Part shown: in pieces, positions 9,290-19,456 of the stretch
Numbering within the stretch: the first letter of the stretch is position 1
Layout of the letters: the number at the start of each line of letters is the position of its first letter
Origin: Nitrospinota bacterium
GTDB taxonomy: Bacteria; UBA8248
Direction of reading: 5' to 3'
Assembly (NCBI GenBank): GCA_028820795.1
Contig: JAPPHK010000309.1
Location: forward strand, 1-41,343
Length of the DNA: 41,343 bases
Position numbers and translations under genes: made by a program
The notes under the pieces: model-generated
Seen by the model: the letters and a program-made list of their open reading frames with translations, nothing else
Told to the model about the DNA's origin: nothing
Database searches by the model: none

Positions 9290-9651
9290 CCCCCGAGCGT
9301 GGCATGGGTGATCGTCACGCCCAAGTCGTCTTCTTGATCGGTGATGGTCAAATCCGAAAACGCGATCACTTCCGACAGCAGACTCAGATCGATTATGTCT
9401 GTGCAGAGTTTAAAATCAATGATATTGTCGCTCACGCTGATCGCAGAGAACAGGAAATTGTGTATGCAAGCTCCTCCCGTTAGCGTGTCGTTGCCTATGC
9501 CGCCTTGTGTGTCATCGTTGCCTTGGCAGCCGTATATCGTATCGTCTCCCCCGAAACCGAAGGTAAAGTCTTCGAGAATGCTACTCTCTACCGTGTTGTC
9601 TCGTGATGTCCCGAATTTAGGGCTGACCTGATCCAGCATGCCTTGCTCCAT
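9290..9651 (-). pseudogene. Fragment of an RTX / hemolysin-type Ca-binding repeat protein
   Basis: GFGGDDTIYGCQGNDDTQGGIGNDTLTGGA nonapeptide repeats followed by DNIIDF..DIIDLS; runs into the IS remnant. Confidence 0.7.
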
Positions 9652-9974
9652 GCATTCTTACCCTCCGACCCAGGAAGTCAGCCGGGAGCATCCAGTGAAG
9701 CGTCTAGTGAAAAGGCGCGAGTTGCGATTACTTCCATCATATTAATGCCGATTGAAATGAAAAATGCAACATCATGACCCGGCCAGAAAAAATCAAAGAT
9801 GTCCCATTTGTCCATTATTGTCATAACGTAGGATTTGGATACAGACATTGTCTTAGGATTCGATTCAACCGAATTTGGCTTTACGGTAGATCCTTTGTGA
9901 ATGTGATGGAAGTTGTCGTCATGGTAAGTGATGACGGACGGCGAAGCGGCATTTTCGCACCTGATGCATGAACA

Positions 9975-10335
9975 CCATTAGCTCGGCGCGACCGCTTTGG
10001 TGGCCGCGATGGGTGATCCCGCCGCATTCAGGTCCGGTCGGGAGTTTGCCGCTTGGCTGGGTCTGACGCCCCGGCACATCGGGACCAGCGGCAGGGAGCG
10101 CATGCTCAGAATCTCCAAGCGGGGCGACAGGTATCTGCGCACCTTGTTGATACACAGCGCCCGCGCCGCAAGCGTCCACAGCAAGGCGCCGCGCAAATGG
10201 GTATTGCGCCTGGCCGGACGACGGCCCCCGAAAGTGGTTGTCGTCGCTATGGCGAACAAGATGGCGCGCACGATCTGGGCCCTGCTGACCCATGACCGGG
10301 AATACCAACGAAACTTTATCGGCTATCCTGTGTGA
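9975..10335 (+). pseudogene. IS110/IS1111-family transposase, C-terminal fragment
   Basis: GDPAAFRSGREFAAWLGLTP..SKRGDRYLRTLLIHSARA..VAMANKMARTIWALL; no N-terminal domain upstream. Confidence 0.9.
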
Positions 10336-10724
10336 GTTTGAATGGCGAGAGAAAACACGAGACCGGAAAGGAGATGACACGCCGAAGGATTGCGCAAGGT
10401 AAGAGGAACCGCACAGGTCATATCGCGTTACATGGAAAGGAACAGACGAAAAGAAGAAATCCGAGAGCTCAGTCGCCATATTTCCGAAGTTGCTCCGGAA
10501 TAGCCAGTGAAACCTTAAATCGGACATCCTATAGCTTGATTCTTAGAGCGGCTAGATGTGAACATGACTCGAGTCATCCTTGGTGTTGGTCGTGGCAGAA
10601 CTCAACCTTTCTGTAATCCAGAGCTAATTGGAGGCTACGCCCTAAATCGATCTCACGTTTGACTACTTTTACATGTTCCTTCGTGGCAAACAGAACATGA
10701 CAAAACAATTGAAAGGCAACCGAT

Positions 10725-13700
10725 TTGCACGACCCCTTCTGCGAACTTCAATCAATATTACTTGAAGCGGACTCCGCTTGTCTTGAGCGTTTCGCAGCTC
10801 GTGCTCTCGGGTCTTTGCTCGGTGTACCCGTTCGGGTTGCCCGCTCCGGCGATCAGAGGGGTGGAGATGGGGGCACATCAAGCATCGGTAGTCGAGATAT
10901 CGTCTTCGAGGCGCGCCGCTATGGACATAAAACAAAGTTAGACGAGCGCAGCATTCTTGGAGAGATCGATCAAGCGACGAATCGGAGTCCCGATCTTGAG
11001 GCCTGGATTCTGGTGACTACTAGAATTGTTCCCGAACAAATCCAGGACACTATGGTCAGGAAAGGCCTCGAACTCGGGATCGGTACCCTTATTATTGACT
11101 GGCTACAACAGCCATTGCCCAAGCTTGCTGTCCTGGCTGCTAGTTGCCCGGAGTGTTTCCAAGCCGAAATCGGACACGGTCATGAACTTATTCTCGAACA
11201 AATAGCTGCTATGCCAAGTTACGCTCCCACATTAGAAAGTATTAAATCCGAGCTTAAGAGTTGGTTGATCGGTTACGAAGCGGTTCGAAAGGCAAGTCAT
11301 GCCTGGTTAGAGGGGATATGGAAGTCGAGGCGAAAGGCTACCGCCAGGTTCAGGCAGGATGTCGCTGGCGGTGAGGCAGAAGCGCATCACGTCCGGCGAT
11401 CGGATCTAATTGACCATCTGGACGCTTGGTTAGAAGCCTCCGCAGTAGACGAGATAGGGGCATTAGTCGGTCCCGAAGGTGTGGGCAAGACCTGGTTGGC
11501 AATCGATTGGTTGCAGTCGAGACTTGTTCGGTTACCGATAATCGTGCTCGCTCCCTCATCCACGATCGGAAATGGAATTACCAGTCGTACCGATCTAATC
11601 AGGTTTATCGCGCGCTATCTGCACGATATATCAGGAGTGCGCAACGAACCGTTCTGGGAACGACGGGTCCGTCGGTTGCTAGAGCGTCCTGCAGCAGAGG
11701 GGCCGGCTTTCATAATATTCTTTGACGGGCTCAATCAGGTCGCTTCATTCGATTGGCTCGGGGTTTTCAAACAACTACAGGACAATCTGTTTTACCAACG
11801 TGCACTGACCCTGATATCCGTACGTACGAGTTTCTACGAAGAAGGTCTGGACGGATTACGCGCTCCAGGCACACAATCAGCTCGGATCGATGTCGGCAAC
11901 TACGATATGGTGCCCGGAGGCGCCTTTGATCAGAAATTGAAAATGGTCGGCCTGTCCCGCGAGGAACTGTCCGATGAATTGATCAGACATGCGGTAGTGC
12001 CGCGACTGTTCGACTTGGTTGTTCAATTGAAAGACTCCCTTGGCGGCGTTTCCGCAGTGACCGTGAATCGTCTTCTCTGGGCCTACGGGGCATCAACCAT
12101 CAGTGTTTCGACGGATGGTGCGTTCAGCGAGAGCACTTGGCGAAATTTCATTCTCCAACTTGCTCAAGAGCATCGGGACGCCCATCGGAACTCCACGATT
12201 CAGCGCATCAAGGAATTGAGCGAAGATGCGACACTAGAGCCGGATCGAATTCATCAACGTGTCTCCGGCGTGATCGACGGCATCTTCACGGAACTCAGCG
12301 GAGACGGTGAACTCCGTTTCCACGAGGATTTCGTGTATCACGCTCTAGGCCTTGCTTTGGTTAAACGCATGGAGCAGATCGGGTCTGACGAAGACGCCAC
12401 AGCTGTTCTTGAACAATTTCTCGACCCCATCGCGAACTATGACGCCCGAGCTGAAACCCTTTGCGCTGCCATAAACATTTCACTTGATCGAAGCAGTCCC
12501 CAACAACCGAGATGGCTGAGTACGTTATGCACTTTCTGGATCCAGACACAGAATCTGCCCGACGAACATATAAAGGAGTTGGAAGTCCTCGCTCCGGAAC
12601 TTCTCACGCCACTGCTGGATGTGATCGAGTCGTCGGGTAGTCATGTACTAAGTACGCCAAGGTATATTGCGGTCAATGCACTTAGCAAAGTCAAGAAGAG
12701 CGACGGGCTTGTTGCACGGAAGATCGCTGAACGCGGGGCGCGGTGGCACAGGTTCATTTCCCTTGAAAATCACGGGAGCGACACCGATCAGGGGGAAAAC
12801 TCTCCATATGGCCACCGCTGCAAACGCCTCAAGGAGCGTATAGGCACCGCCGAGGCCGGAGAAGTGACCGTTGCAGGGCGGGTTTTCGAGATCGTGGAAT
12901 ACAGAGGCGATGATCTCATTATCGCGGCAGCGCAGCTTCTCCAGGGACGCCCTCTGGCTGACACCACCGAATTCTTTTTAACAGGCGCAATTCATCAAGC
13001 GATCGTCGGCGGTGGAACGGAACACGAATCCCAATCCTGGCTGAACGTTCTCAATACGGTCGATCCTGAGAAGACGGCAGAAAGATTAAGGAATGCAGCG
13101 GAAATGGTGCGTGACCGCACACCCGAACCCGGGGTTCATGGCTACCTCAACAAGCGGATTGCGTCGCTTCTGCTTTGGCGAACCGGCTATGCGGAAGATG
13201 CCGAAAAGGCATGGAAAACTGACCCGAAGATCGACCACTGGTTCAGCTACGAGACGGACTACCTGGATAATCCTTCGCGTTCTTTTTACTTCCAGCTTGA
13301 ACGGCGACACACCGCACAGGCACTTCGGGACATCGGCCTCCCCATCATTCGCAGGATCGAGCGGGCGAAGGACGCGTTGCTGGATCCGAGTTTTGAAATT
13401 CCTCCGGAATTCATTGATGAATTGATCTCGACCGGCGAAGGGTTTGATTTCTCCCAAACGGCCACCGGACGTAATCGTACGCGTCACGATCTTGATTGGG
13501 AGCGACTCTCTCTCGCACTGGCACGTTGCGCACCCGGGAAACTTGCGGAACTCGAACGCAAACGCCTGCTTGGTTTTTCTGACCGGCCTGAGAATCAGCG
13601 GTTTGGCGCGTCTCTCGTCGTGCCTGGCGCCATGCTTCTCGTGCGAAAAAACGAGAGCGCAGCCCTGTATACATTACGAAAGCGCGGGAGTAGCGGACAG

Positions 13701-15389
13701 GGCAGCGCCGAGTATACGGCCAAGACCAACTTGCTAATCTCGGAAATTCAATGCAAATCCCCGGGGGCGCAAGTGCGAAGGATAATGGAATCGGGACTCG
13801 AACAAATCGATTTGCATTTGGCCAACGCCTGTGATCCACCTAGTGAGCGTGAGATAGGTCTCCTTCTAGACGAGTATGGCGATAATCAAGAGAAATCAAG
13901 GCGCCTTGCCAGTATCCTCGGTGCTCATAATCTGACCTTGAGCGATCGGGTTTTTGATATCTTCTTCAAGCTATTAAAACCCGGGGATGCCGATGTCGCA
14001 TCGGGGGCGGTCTGGGTGGTTCTGGCGTTCAACGAACCGGTGCGCCTGGGCGCCATACTCGATAACGTCGACTGGGCTTGGTCGCTTGAAAGGCACGTCA
14101 TGGAAAACCATATGGGATCGGTTGCGATTGCTGCATCTGCATCGAACCGGGATGCCCCGTTTATGGAATATGCGCACAGGATCGCTCCAGCCAAGCTACT
14201 CAAGACATTGTCACAAGAAGAACGGTCGCGTGAAGACGTGGAACTTGCGGTCGAATTGTTGACCGGAGTTCTCTTCGGCGATTCCATAGATCCGCCGGAA
14301 CCCGGCGTTGCAATTTTCCACGAACAGGAAAAAGTCGAAATAAAAGGCTACGAATGCACTATTGGGGGTGTTTTGAAGGAAGGCGATAATCGGGATGATA
14401 TCGTGCGATTCCTTGAAAAATTCAATTCGCCCGAAAAGCATGAGAAAAGGCGGCGCGAGATTGTCGAGGCCTATTTTCGTGAGGTCAAGGAAGCGAGACG
14501 ATCTGGCGCTCAACTCTATCGCGTACATTTCACGGCGGAGAATTTCGAACCCGTTTTGAAACATTGCCCTCATGCCGTAGAAACGTGGCTGGAAGGTCTC
14601 GAATCATCGTCGTCGGATTTCATAAGACGCGTTCGATTGGCTGAAGGCTTTTTCGTTGCCCTTTGCGAAGCGCTTTTGAGGGAAGACCCAACACGCGGCA
14701 TAGCTCTGTGGCGAGTCCTGAGGGAGCACTTGATTACCGGATTCATCGGTCGCGCCGACATTGACAGATTGGTGTATGCCCTGTTTACAGCACAACCCTG
14801 TGGAGATGTGAACACCGTACTGGAGGAAATTTACTGCATCGACGAAGCTCGAAACGATGATGATCTAATGGATTTGGTCATCGCGGCTCGTTTGTCGGGT
14901 CGAGTGGACTGGTTGCGACAAATGTTGAGCCGTGACGCGGAGTCTTCCTGTCCGCTACATCGGCAAAGAGCAACCTTCCTGGAACCGCTGTTGGTCCGGC
15001 CTGATATCGCCGGAGACGAAGATTGGCCGGAGGGTGAGGCCGCCAGCGTATTCGACAACATTCGCGAGGAGTCCTGGAAGCTGGCTCAACGTGAGGCTTT
15101 TGCCGCTTATTGGCTAAGGAAATTTGCCGAAGCGAACACGGTCGAGACCGCCCATGCATACTGGCGTCTGTTCAAGGCTTGCGCTGACAGGCGCGCATGG
15201 ATTTGGATGATGAGTATTTACAAGTCGCACACAACGCGGGATGAGCTATTGGAAGCGGTCAAGCAAAAATTCATTAAGCAAGAAGAACACAATCTGAAGA
15301 ATGCGATAGAAGAGAACGAAAAATCCTGGTCCAACAATTTTGCGTGGCGTAGATACCCAAACACTCTAAGGCCATGGAGGTCGGGATAG
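10725..15389 (+). CDS. Large STAND/NACHT-like NTPase with N-terminal restriction-endonuclease-like domain (Avs-like)
   Basis: N-terminal SGDQRGGDGG..IVFEARRY; Walker A GPEGVGKT; Walker B IIFFDGLNQ; PRLFDL; about 1000 aa of helical C-terminus; TTG start with gaaagg RBS. Confidence 0.75.
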   Translation: MHDPFCELQSILLEADSACLERFAARALGSLLGVPVRVARSGDQRGGDGGTSSIGSRDIVFEARRYGHKTKLDERSILGEIDQATNRSPDLEAWILVTTRIVPEQIQDTMVRKGLELGIGTLIIDWLQQPLPKLAVLAASCPECFQAEIGHGHELILEQIAAMPSYAPTLESIKSELKSWLIGYEAVRKASHAWLEGIWKSRRKATARFRQDVAGGEAEAHHVRRSDLIDHLDAWLEASAVDEIGALVGPEGVGKTWLAIDWLQSRLVRLPIIVLAPSSTIGNGITSRTDLIRFIARYLHDISGVRNEPFWERRVRRLLERPAAEGPAFIIFFDGLNQVASFDWLGVFKQLQDNLFYQRALTLISVRTSFYEEGLDGLRAPGTQSARIDVGNYDMVPGGAFDQKLKMVGLSREELSDELIRHAVVPRLFDLVVQLKDSLGGVSAVTVNRLLWAYGASTISVSTDGAFSESTWRNFILQLAQEHRDAHRNSTIQRIKELSEDATLEPDRIHQRVSGVIDGIFTELSGDGELRFHEDFVYHALGLALVKRMEQIGSDEDATAVLEQFLDPIANYDARAETLCAAINISLDRSSPQQPRWLSTLCTFWIQTQNLPDEHIKELEVLAPELLTPLLDVIESSGSHVLSTPRYIAVNALSKVKKSDGLVARKIAERGARWHRFISLENHGSDTDQGENSPYGHRCKRLKERIGTAEAGEVTVAGRVFEIVEYRGDDLIIAAAQLLQGRPLADTTEFFLTGAIHQAIVGGGTEHESQSWLNVLNTVDPEKTAERLRNAAEMVRDRTPEPGVHGYLNKRIASLLLWRTGYAEDAEKAWKTDPKIDHWFSYETDYLDNPSRSFYFQLERRHTAQALRDIGLPIIRRIERAKDALLDPSFEIPPEFIDELISTGEGFDFSQTATGRNRTRHDLDWERLSLALARCAPGKLAELERKRLLGFSDRPENQRFGASLVVPGAMLLVRKNESAALYTLRKRGSSGQGSAEYTAKTNLLISEIQCKSPGAQVRRIMESGLEQIDLHLANACDPPSEREIGLLLDEYGDNQEKSRRLASILGAHNLTLSDRVFDIFFKLLKPGDADVASGAVWVVLAFNEPVRLGAILDNVDWAWSLERHVMENHMGSVAIAASASNRDAPFMEYAHRIAPAKLLKTLSQEERSREDVELAVELLTGVLFGDSIDPPEPGVAIFHEQEKVEIKGYECTIGGVLKEGDNRDDIVRFLEKFNSPEKHEKRRREIVEAYFREVKEARRSGAQLYRVHFTAENFEPVLKHCPHAVETWLEGLESSSSDFIRRVRLAEGFFVALCEALLREDPTRGIALWRVLREHLITGFIGRADIDRLVYALFTAQPCGDVNTVLEEIYCIDEARNDDDLMDLVIAARLSGRVDWLRQMLSRDAESSCPLHRQRATFLEPLLVRPDIAGDEDWPEGEAASVFDNIREESWKLAQREAFAAYWLRKFAEANTVETAHAYWRLFKACADRRAWIWMMSIYKSHTTRDELLEAVKQKFIKQEEHNLKNAIEENEKSWSNNFAWRRYPNTLRPWRSG

Positions 15390-15674
15390 CAGAATGTTCC
15401 GTTACTTTTTTGCCATTTGGACAATGTCGATAAGCCATGTTGCCCTTCGCAACTAAAGTCCAAGATCGTGCACGACAGGCTTTTACTTTGGTGCTTTTCA
15501 TGCCTCCGGCGCTAGGTTTTGCGTAGACTCCGAAGATTCCTTCGATTTCCCTACATCATTTCCGGTACAGGTTGGCCGCTCCACCGAACCTATCCTACTC
15601 CTCGCCCACTGCTTCTAGTGCCTAGTGAGGCCTAACTGCATGGAACCGGAGAGCGGGTATTACCGAAGTGCCAC

Positions 15675-16598
15675 CTATAAGTTAGATAAGAGAGTGTCCG
15701 TGAGCGCTCTTGGACTCATTGGATCGAAGCAAACTGGGATGTGTTTCTGACGATAAACGCTAATTAGCAAAGACGAGGTAAAAATCCAAAAGTGATCGTC
15801 GTCCGGCAAGGAAGTGTTGGAAAGAATCGCACTCAACCGGTCGGCCAAGGAAAAATATTCTTGATTGCCCCCGTGGCCCCAAACCGGAGTTATGTCGTGA
15901 AGGATGAGGACCATAAGGGCAAAGCCCATGGAACGCTCTCTCAGCACTTCTTGGTAACTGTGTCCTTTTTCTATGGCGTAAGTCGCGAGTTTAGCCGTCA
16001 TGAATTCTCGGGCCCAGACATCGCATTTCATTTCCTCCTCCTTACGGTCATCTGGACGCTGGCCATCGAGATCCAGCATGACGTGGTGAAATTCATGAAA
16101 CAGAGCGAAACCAAGCGCGAGGCATGTCAGATCATAGGCTGTCTTGTATTGTAGATCTTCCATAGCATCGCGATCCGCACTAGGGCGTGGTAGGTCTGGC
16201 GGCCATGAGATGTCGTGAGAATTCGTCGCACTAATCAGCGACTCGACTGACTTACGTCGCTCTTTGTAATCCCGTTCGACATCTGCAAGTTTCTCATCAT
16301 CTCGGATGAGAGCGGTTATGGGCTGATTCTGACAATACGAACATACCACATGTGGAGAATAACACTCGATGGCGTGCCACCCGCTGAATCCGATCAGCCA
16401 AAACACGTCTATTGTTTTCATGCTAAAAGCTATTCGATCCTTCGTTACGTTCAGTGCAATTCTGCAGGTGTCGGGGGCAATAATGACTTGTGGGTTATAT
16501 TTCCTCCATAGGCGTTCTATGTCATGGCGACGCTCGGGAGTTACACCGAACATGAGATTCAAGACTGCCACCTTCGGGTCAATTGACGGCAAATTCAA
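15675..16598 (-). CDS. Phage exclusion Lit-family zinc metallopeptidase (peptidase U49-like)
   Basis: ALFHEFHHV (HExxH) then EEEMKCDVWA; WPPDLPRP motif; about 300 aa like Lit. Confidence 0.8.
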   Translation of the reverse strand: MNLPSIDPKVAVLNLMFGVTPERRHDIERLWRKYNPQVIIAPDTCRIALNVTKDRIAFSMKTIDVFWLIGFSGWHAIECYSPHVVCSYCQNQPITALIRDDEKLADVERDYKERRKSVESLISATNSHDISWPPDLPRPSADRDAMEDLQYKTAYDLTCLALGFALFHEFHHVMLDLDGQRPDDRKEEEMKCDVWAREFMTAKLATYAIEKGHSYQEVLRERSMGFALMVLILHDITPVWGHGGNQEYFSLADRLSAILSNTSLPDDDHFWIFTSSLLISVYRQKHIPVCFDPMSPRALTDTLLSNL

Positions 16599-16639
16599 TC
16601 ATCCTTGGATTTGATTCTTGTGGCTGCAAAAAATTGATG

Positions 16640-17182
16640 TATAGGGCACATTTCGGTTGTTTTCAAGGTCGTGTCAGTCCCCCTGTCGCCTATCATTTCA
16701 TGGAAGGTGATGACAGTTTTATGGATTCCTCCAAGTGCTTTTTGGCAGGGTCAGTGCTTTTTGCTTGCAAGTTTTTTCGACACCAATCGGATGGCAGCAA
16801 TTAAATAAGTATAACGAGCTTCACTAGTTATGTCCCTAACGGAATTCACTGAAAGAACAAACCGTATTGGAAAGGGCAGTTCGTAATAAGCTTTCAAGCT
16901 TTGTTAGAGCCGCGAACCTTGTTGTTCAAAATAGCATCGATTCCGAAGAAGGAGCGAATCTTACTTGCCAGTTCTTGCAATTCACGACTACGACATTCAG
17001 AGTTCTAATTATCCTCGAATGGTAACCAAAGATTTCGATATTGTTGTGATTAATATCCTTAATGTGGATGAAATCCGGATGTCTTAGCGCGGTCGAAAGT
17101 TAATGATACGTTGAACAAATGGCCCTTATGCACGAAATATTCATCGACGATCCGTTCGAGTAAGTTCTCCTTTGTTGTTGTT
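16640..17182 (-). pseudogene. Degenerate conserved hypothetical, restriction-endonuclease-like gene
   Basis: Not in ORF track; manual translation over frameshifts gives TKENLLERIVDEYFVHKG / FVQR..NFRPR / HPDF..DINHNNIEIFGYH..VVVVNCKNWQ; strong RBS ggagggg but no intact ATG; downstream boundary approximate. Confidence 0.5.
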
Positions 17183-17194
17183 CGTCTCCCCTCC

Positions 17195-18055
17195 TCAAAT
17201 CGCGAAACGTTCGATCATATCTGGGGTCCTTGCCCAGTCCTCGCCCGGGATGAGGTCGATCAGTTCCCGCAAGACCCGCCTGAACGCTTCCTTCGTGGAG
17301 TCTTCGTCCAGGGTCTCGGCGTGCTCGACCGAAACCAGGGGCCGCATGTCCGTAAGAAAAGCTGGATTCGCGAGTTTCGCGAACATTCTTTGCTGCGCTT
17401 CGGCGCGGGAAATACGCAGCCCCGATGCTTCAAGATAGAACACGAGACCTTCCACGACCCGCGCCCTGTCCAATCCTTTGAGCGTGCGCAGCCCGTGATA
17501 GAGATCGAACAGGTCGCGCCCCTTGTTTCTCTGAAGAAGCGCCCGGAGTTTCGTCGCGAAGATTTCCTCAATCGAGAACGTCGCTATGTCCGCCGCCCCG
17601 CTGAACCATGGGTTTTCCACCGCGAACGGAATGGAGACCGGCGGATCGAACGCCTTGATTTCCCGTGTATTGATTTCGATTTTCAGGCGGATCGGGGCGC
17701 CGACGGACGGGTCTTCCGCATCGACCTTGAAACGGAGTTTGGGAGCCGTAGCGCTCGGGGCGAAACCAGCCCGTCCCAGCCATGGTTCGAGAGTTTCCCG
17801 GATGGCATCGAGAACCGGGCCGATCGGTCCGGTCTCGGTCCTGACAAGGTCGATGTCTTCCGAATAGCGAAGGGGTTGAGGAAAATGGAGCTTGTTAAGC
17901 GCCGTTCCGCCGCGAAAGCGCAGCTGTCCGGCCAGTCCGGGATTGGAAAACAGCTCTACGAGCGCGCGGCTGATGACAAGGTCCTGTTCGACCTGGCGCA
18001 GATCCGCCCAGGGGACGACATTCCCCCATGCGATGATGTTCATCCGGGGGATCAT
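17195..18055 (-). CDS. abiEii: AbiEii-family nucleotidyltransferase toxin (type IV TA)
   Basis: QVEQDL, FRGGTALNKLH..RYSEDIDL, KIEIN, KLRALLQRNKGRDLFDL. Confidence 0.93.
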   Translation of the reverse strand: MIPRMNIIAWGNVVPWADLRQVEQDLVISRALVELFSNPGLAGQLRFRGGTALNKLHFPQPLRYSEDIDLVRTETGPIGPVLDAIRETLEPWLGRAGFAPSATAPKLRFKVDAEDPSVGAPIRLKIEINTREIKAFDPPVSIPFAVENPWFSGAADIATFSIEEIFATKLRALLQRNKGRDLFDLYHGLRTLKGLDRARVVEGLVFYLEASGLRISRAEAQQRMFAKLANPAFLTDMRPLVSVEHAETLDEDSTKEAFRRVLRELIDLIPGEDWARTPDMIERFAI

Positions 18056-18879
18056 TCGTCGACCTCAGGCAAACGACGGACGATGACGCGCCAGTGTTCG
18101 TCACGTTCCAGCGGGGGTGGCATGAATTCGGGGTCGCGGGTCTCCTTGCGGTCGAGTTCGACCCACGGAAATGCGCCGCGGCCGGACAGCGCGTCGAACA
18201 TCGGTCCGGTTCGGTCCCCGTGCCCGAGGCGGTCCAGCAGATAACCGAGACGCTGCACGATTGAGCGCTCCGCCGCGGATGAAAGCCGCGCCAGTTCCTG
18301 CGAACCGAGTTTCGGGCCGAGATCGGCAAGGACGGTGACGAGGTTGTCGATGCCCCCTGCGGCATGGGAATAGCGCACAAGGTCCAGTGCCGTGAGTTCG
18401 ACGGACGACACTCTCATCGTGCCCGTATCGGTCTTGCGGTTTTCCACGCCGTCCGATACGGTTTTCATATCTTTTCGGTAATGAAAAGCGATCCGGGTTC
18501 TGCCGGCGTGGATTCCGGGCAGCCGTTTGTCCGTGACAACGGGAAACTCCATAACGGCATGATGGGTAGCGCCATGCAGTTCGGCCGCCTTGAGGAGAGC
18601 GACATAATACGGCCGCCCTTCGTGCCGCATCAGGTCATCGATATACCAGCCCGGAGGCGGAGCGCCCCAGGATGCGTACCGGGGAGGAACCACCACATAG
18701 AACCCATTCCGCAGCCTGACGAGATGCCTGCGGCGCTGGAGCCGTTCGGCGGCGTCGAGAAACGCGCCTCGTCCGATTCCCAGCGCCTGCTCCGCCTCGT
18801 CTGCCGAAAAGACTACGCGGCCCTCTGACAGCAGGCCGGAAGTATAGGATGACAATGTTTTTCGTTGGGCATGTATCAT
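18052..18879 (-). CDS. abiEi: AbiEi-family antitoxin / transcriptional regulator
   Basis: N-terminal wHTH, GFYVVVPP, YYVALLKAAELHGA, RVSSVELTALDL, VQRLGYLLD; ATGA overlap with abiEii. Confidence 0.92.
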   Translation of the reverse strand: MIHAQRKTLSSYTSGLLSEGRVVFSADEAEQALGIGRGAFLDAAERLQRRRHLVRLRNGFYVVVPPRYASWGAPPPGWYIDDLMRHEGRPYYVALLKAAELHGATHHAVMEFPVVTDKRLPGIHAGRTRIAFHYRKDMKTVSDGVENRKTDTGTMRVSSVELTALDLVRYSHAAGGIDNLVTVLADLGPKLGSQELARLSSAAERSIVQRLGYLLDRLGHGDRTGPMFDALSGRGAFPWVELDRKETRDPEFMPPPLERDEHWRVIVRRLPEVDE

Positions 18880-18887
18880 GTCTTATT

Positions 18888-18906
18888 ATCCGCTAAAAAA
18901 GCGGAT
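18888..18906. promoter_or_regulatory. Inverted repeat, candidate AbiEi operator
   Basis: atccgct-aaaaa-agcggat just upstream of the abiEi start; extra half site atccgct at 18950-18956; AbiEi proteins are known to autorepress via promoter inverted repeats. Confidence 0.55.
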
Positions 18907-19456
18907 TATTCAACATAATAATTTGACGACAGAAAAATCATTCCTGAAAATCCGCTGGATACACGGATTAATCGAAACGATACTTGAAGGACGACTCAAG
19001 TATAAAACCAGCCCTTTTCCTTGAGACACGGTCCCTCTGACATAAAGTGAGATCCATTGAGGCGCACACGCCCTATTCCTCATAATCATTCTCTTCGAAA
19101 CAGAATTTGCGCAGAACGGCATCACAACCTTCATGGGAGCCAAAGCTCTTACGGGATAGAGCAGGCTCAGGATGTTGCAGGTTGTATCAAAAGCTTCGGC
19201 GAGCCCGCGGATCACAAATGCGATCCTGGACTATAGTTGGGCGCCGCAGTACGACCCAATTTCCTGCGAGATCAATGTCCTGATAGTCCGATCAACATCG
19301 AGAGGCCGGCGCTGGCAAACATTGCGGGTACTGGAAAGACACAATCCGATCTCCTACAATGCGGATAGCATTCAGCTACTCCGCGCCCGAGCCTCCGAGG
19401 AACTCCGAGATTCTCCCTTCACCGATTTATGCGATCGGCCGCAGGAAAAAGGTATC

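Noticed and set aside
17111-18244. 377-aa plus-strand ORF
   Set aside because: Antisense to the well-supported abiEi/abiEii pair; no motifs
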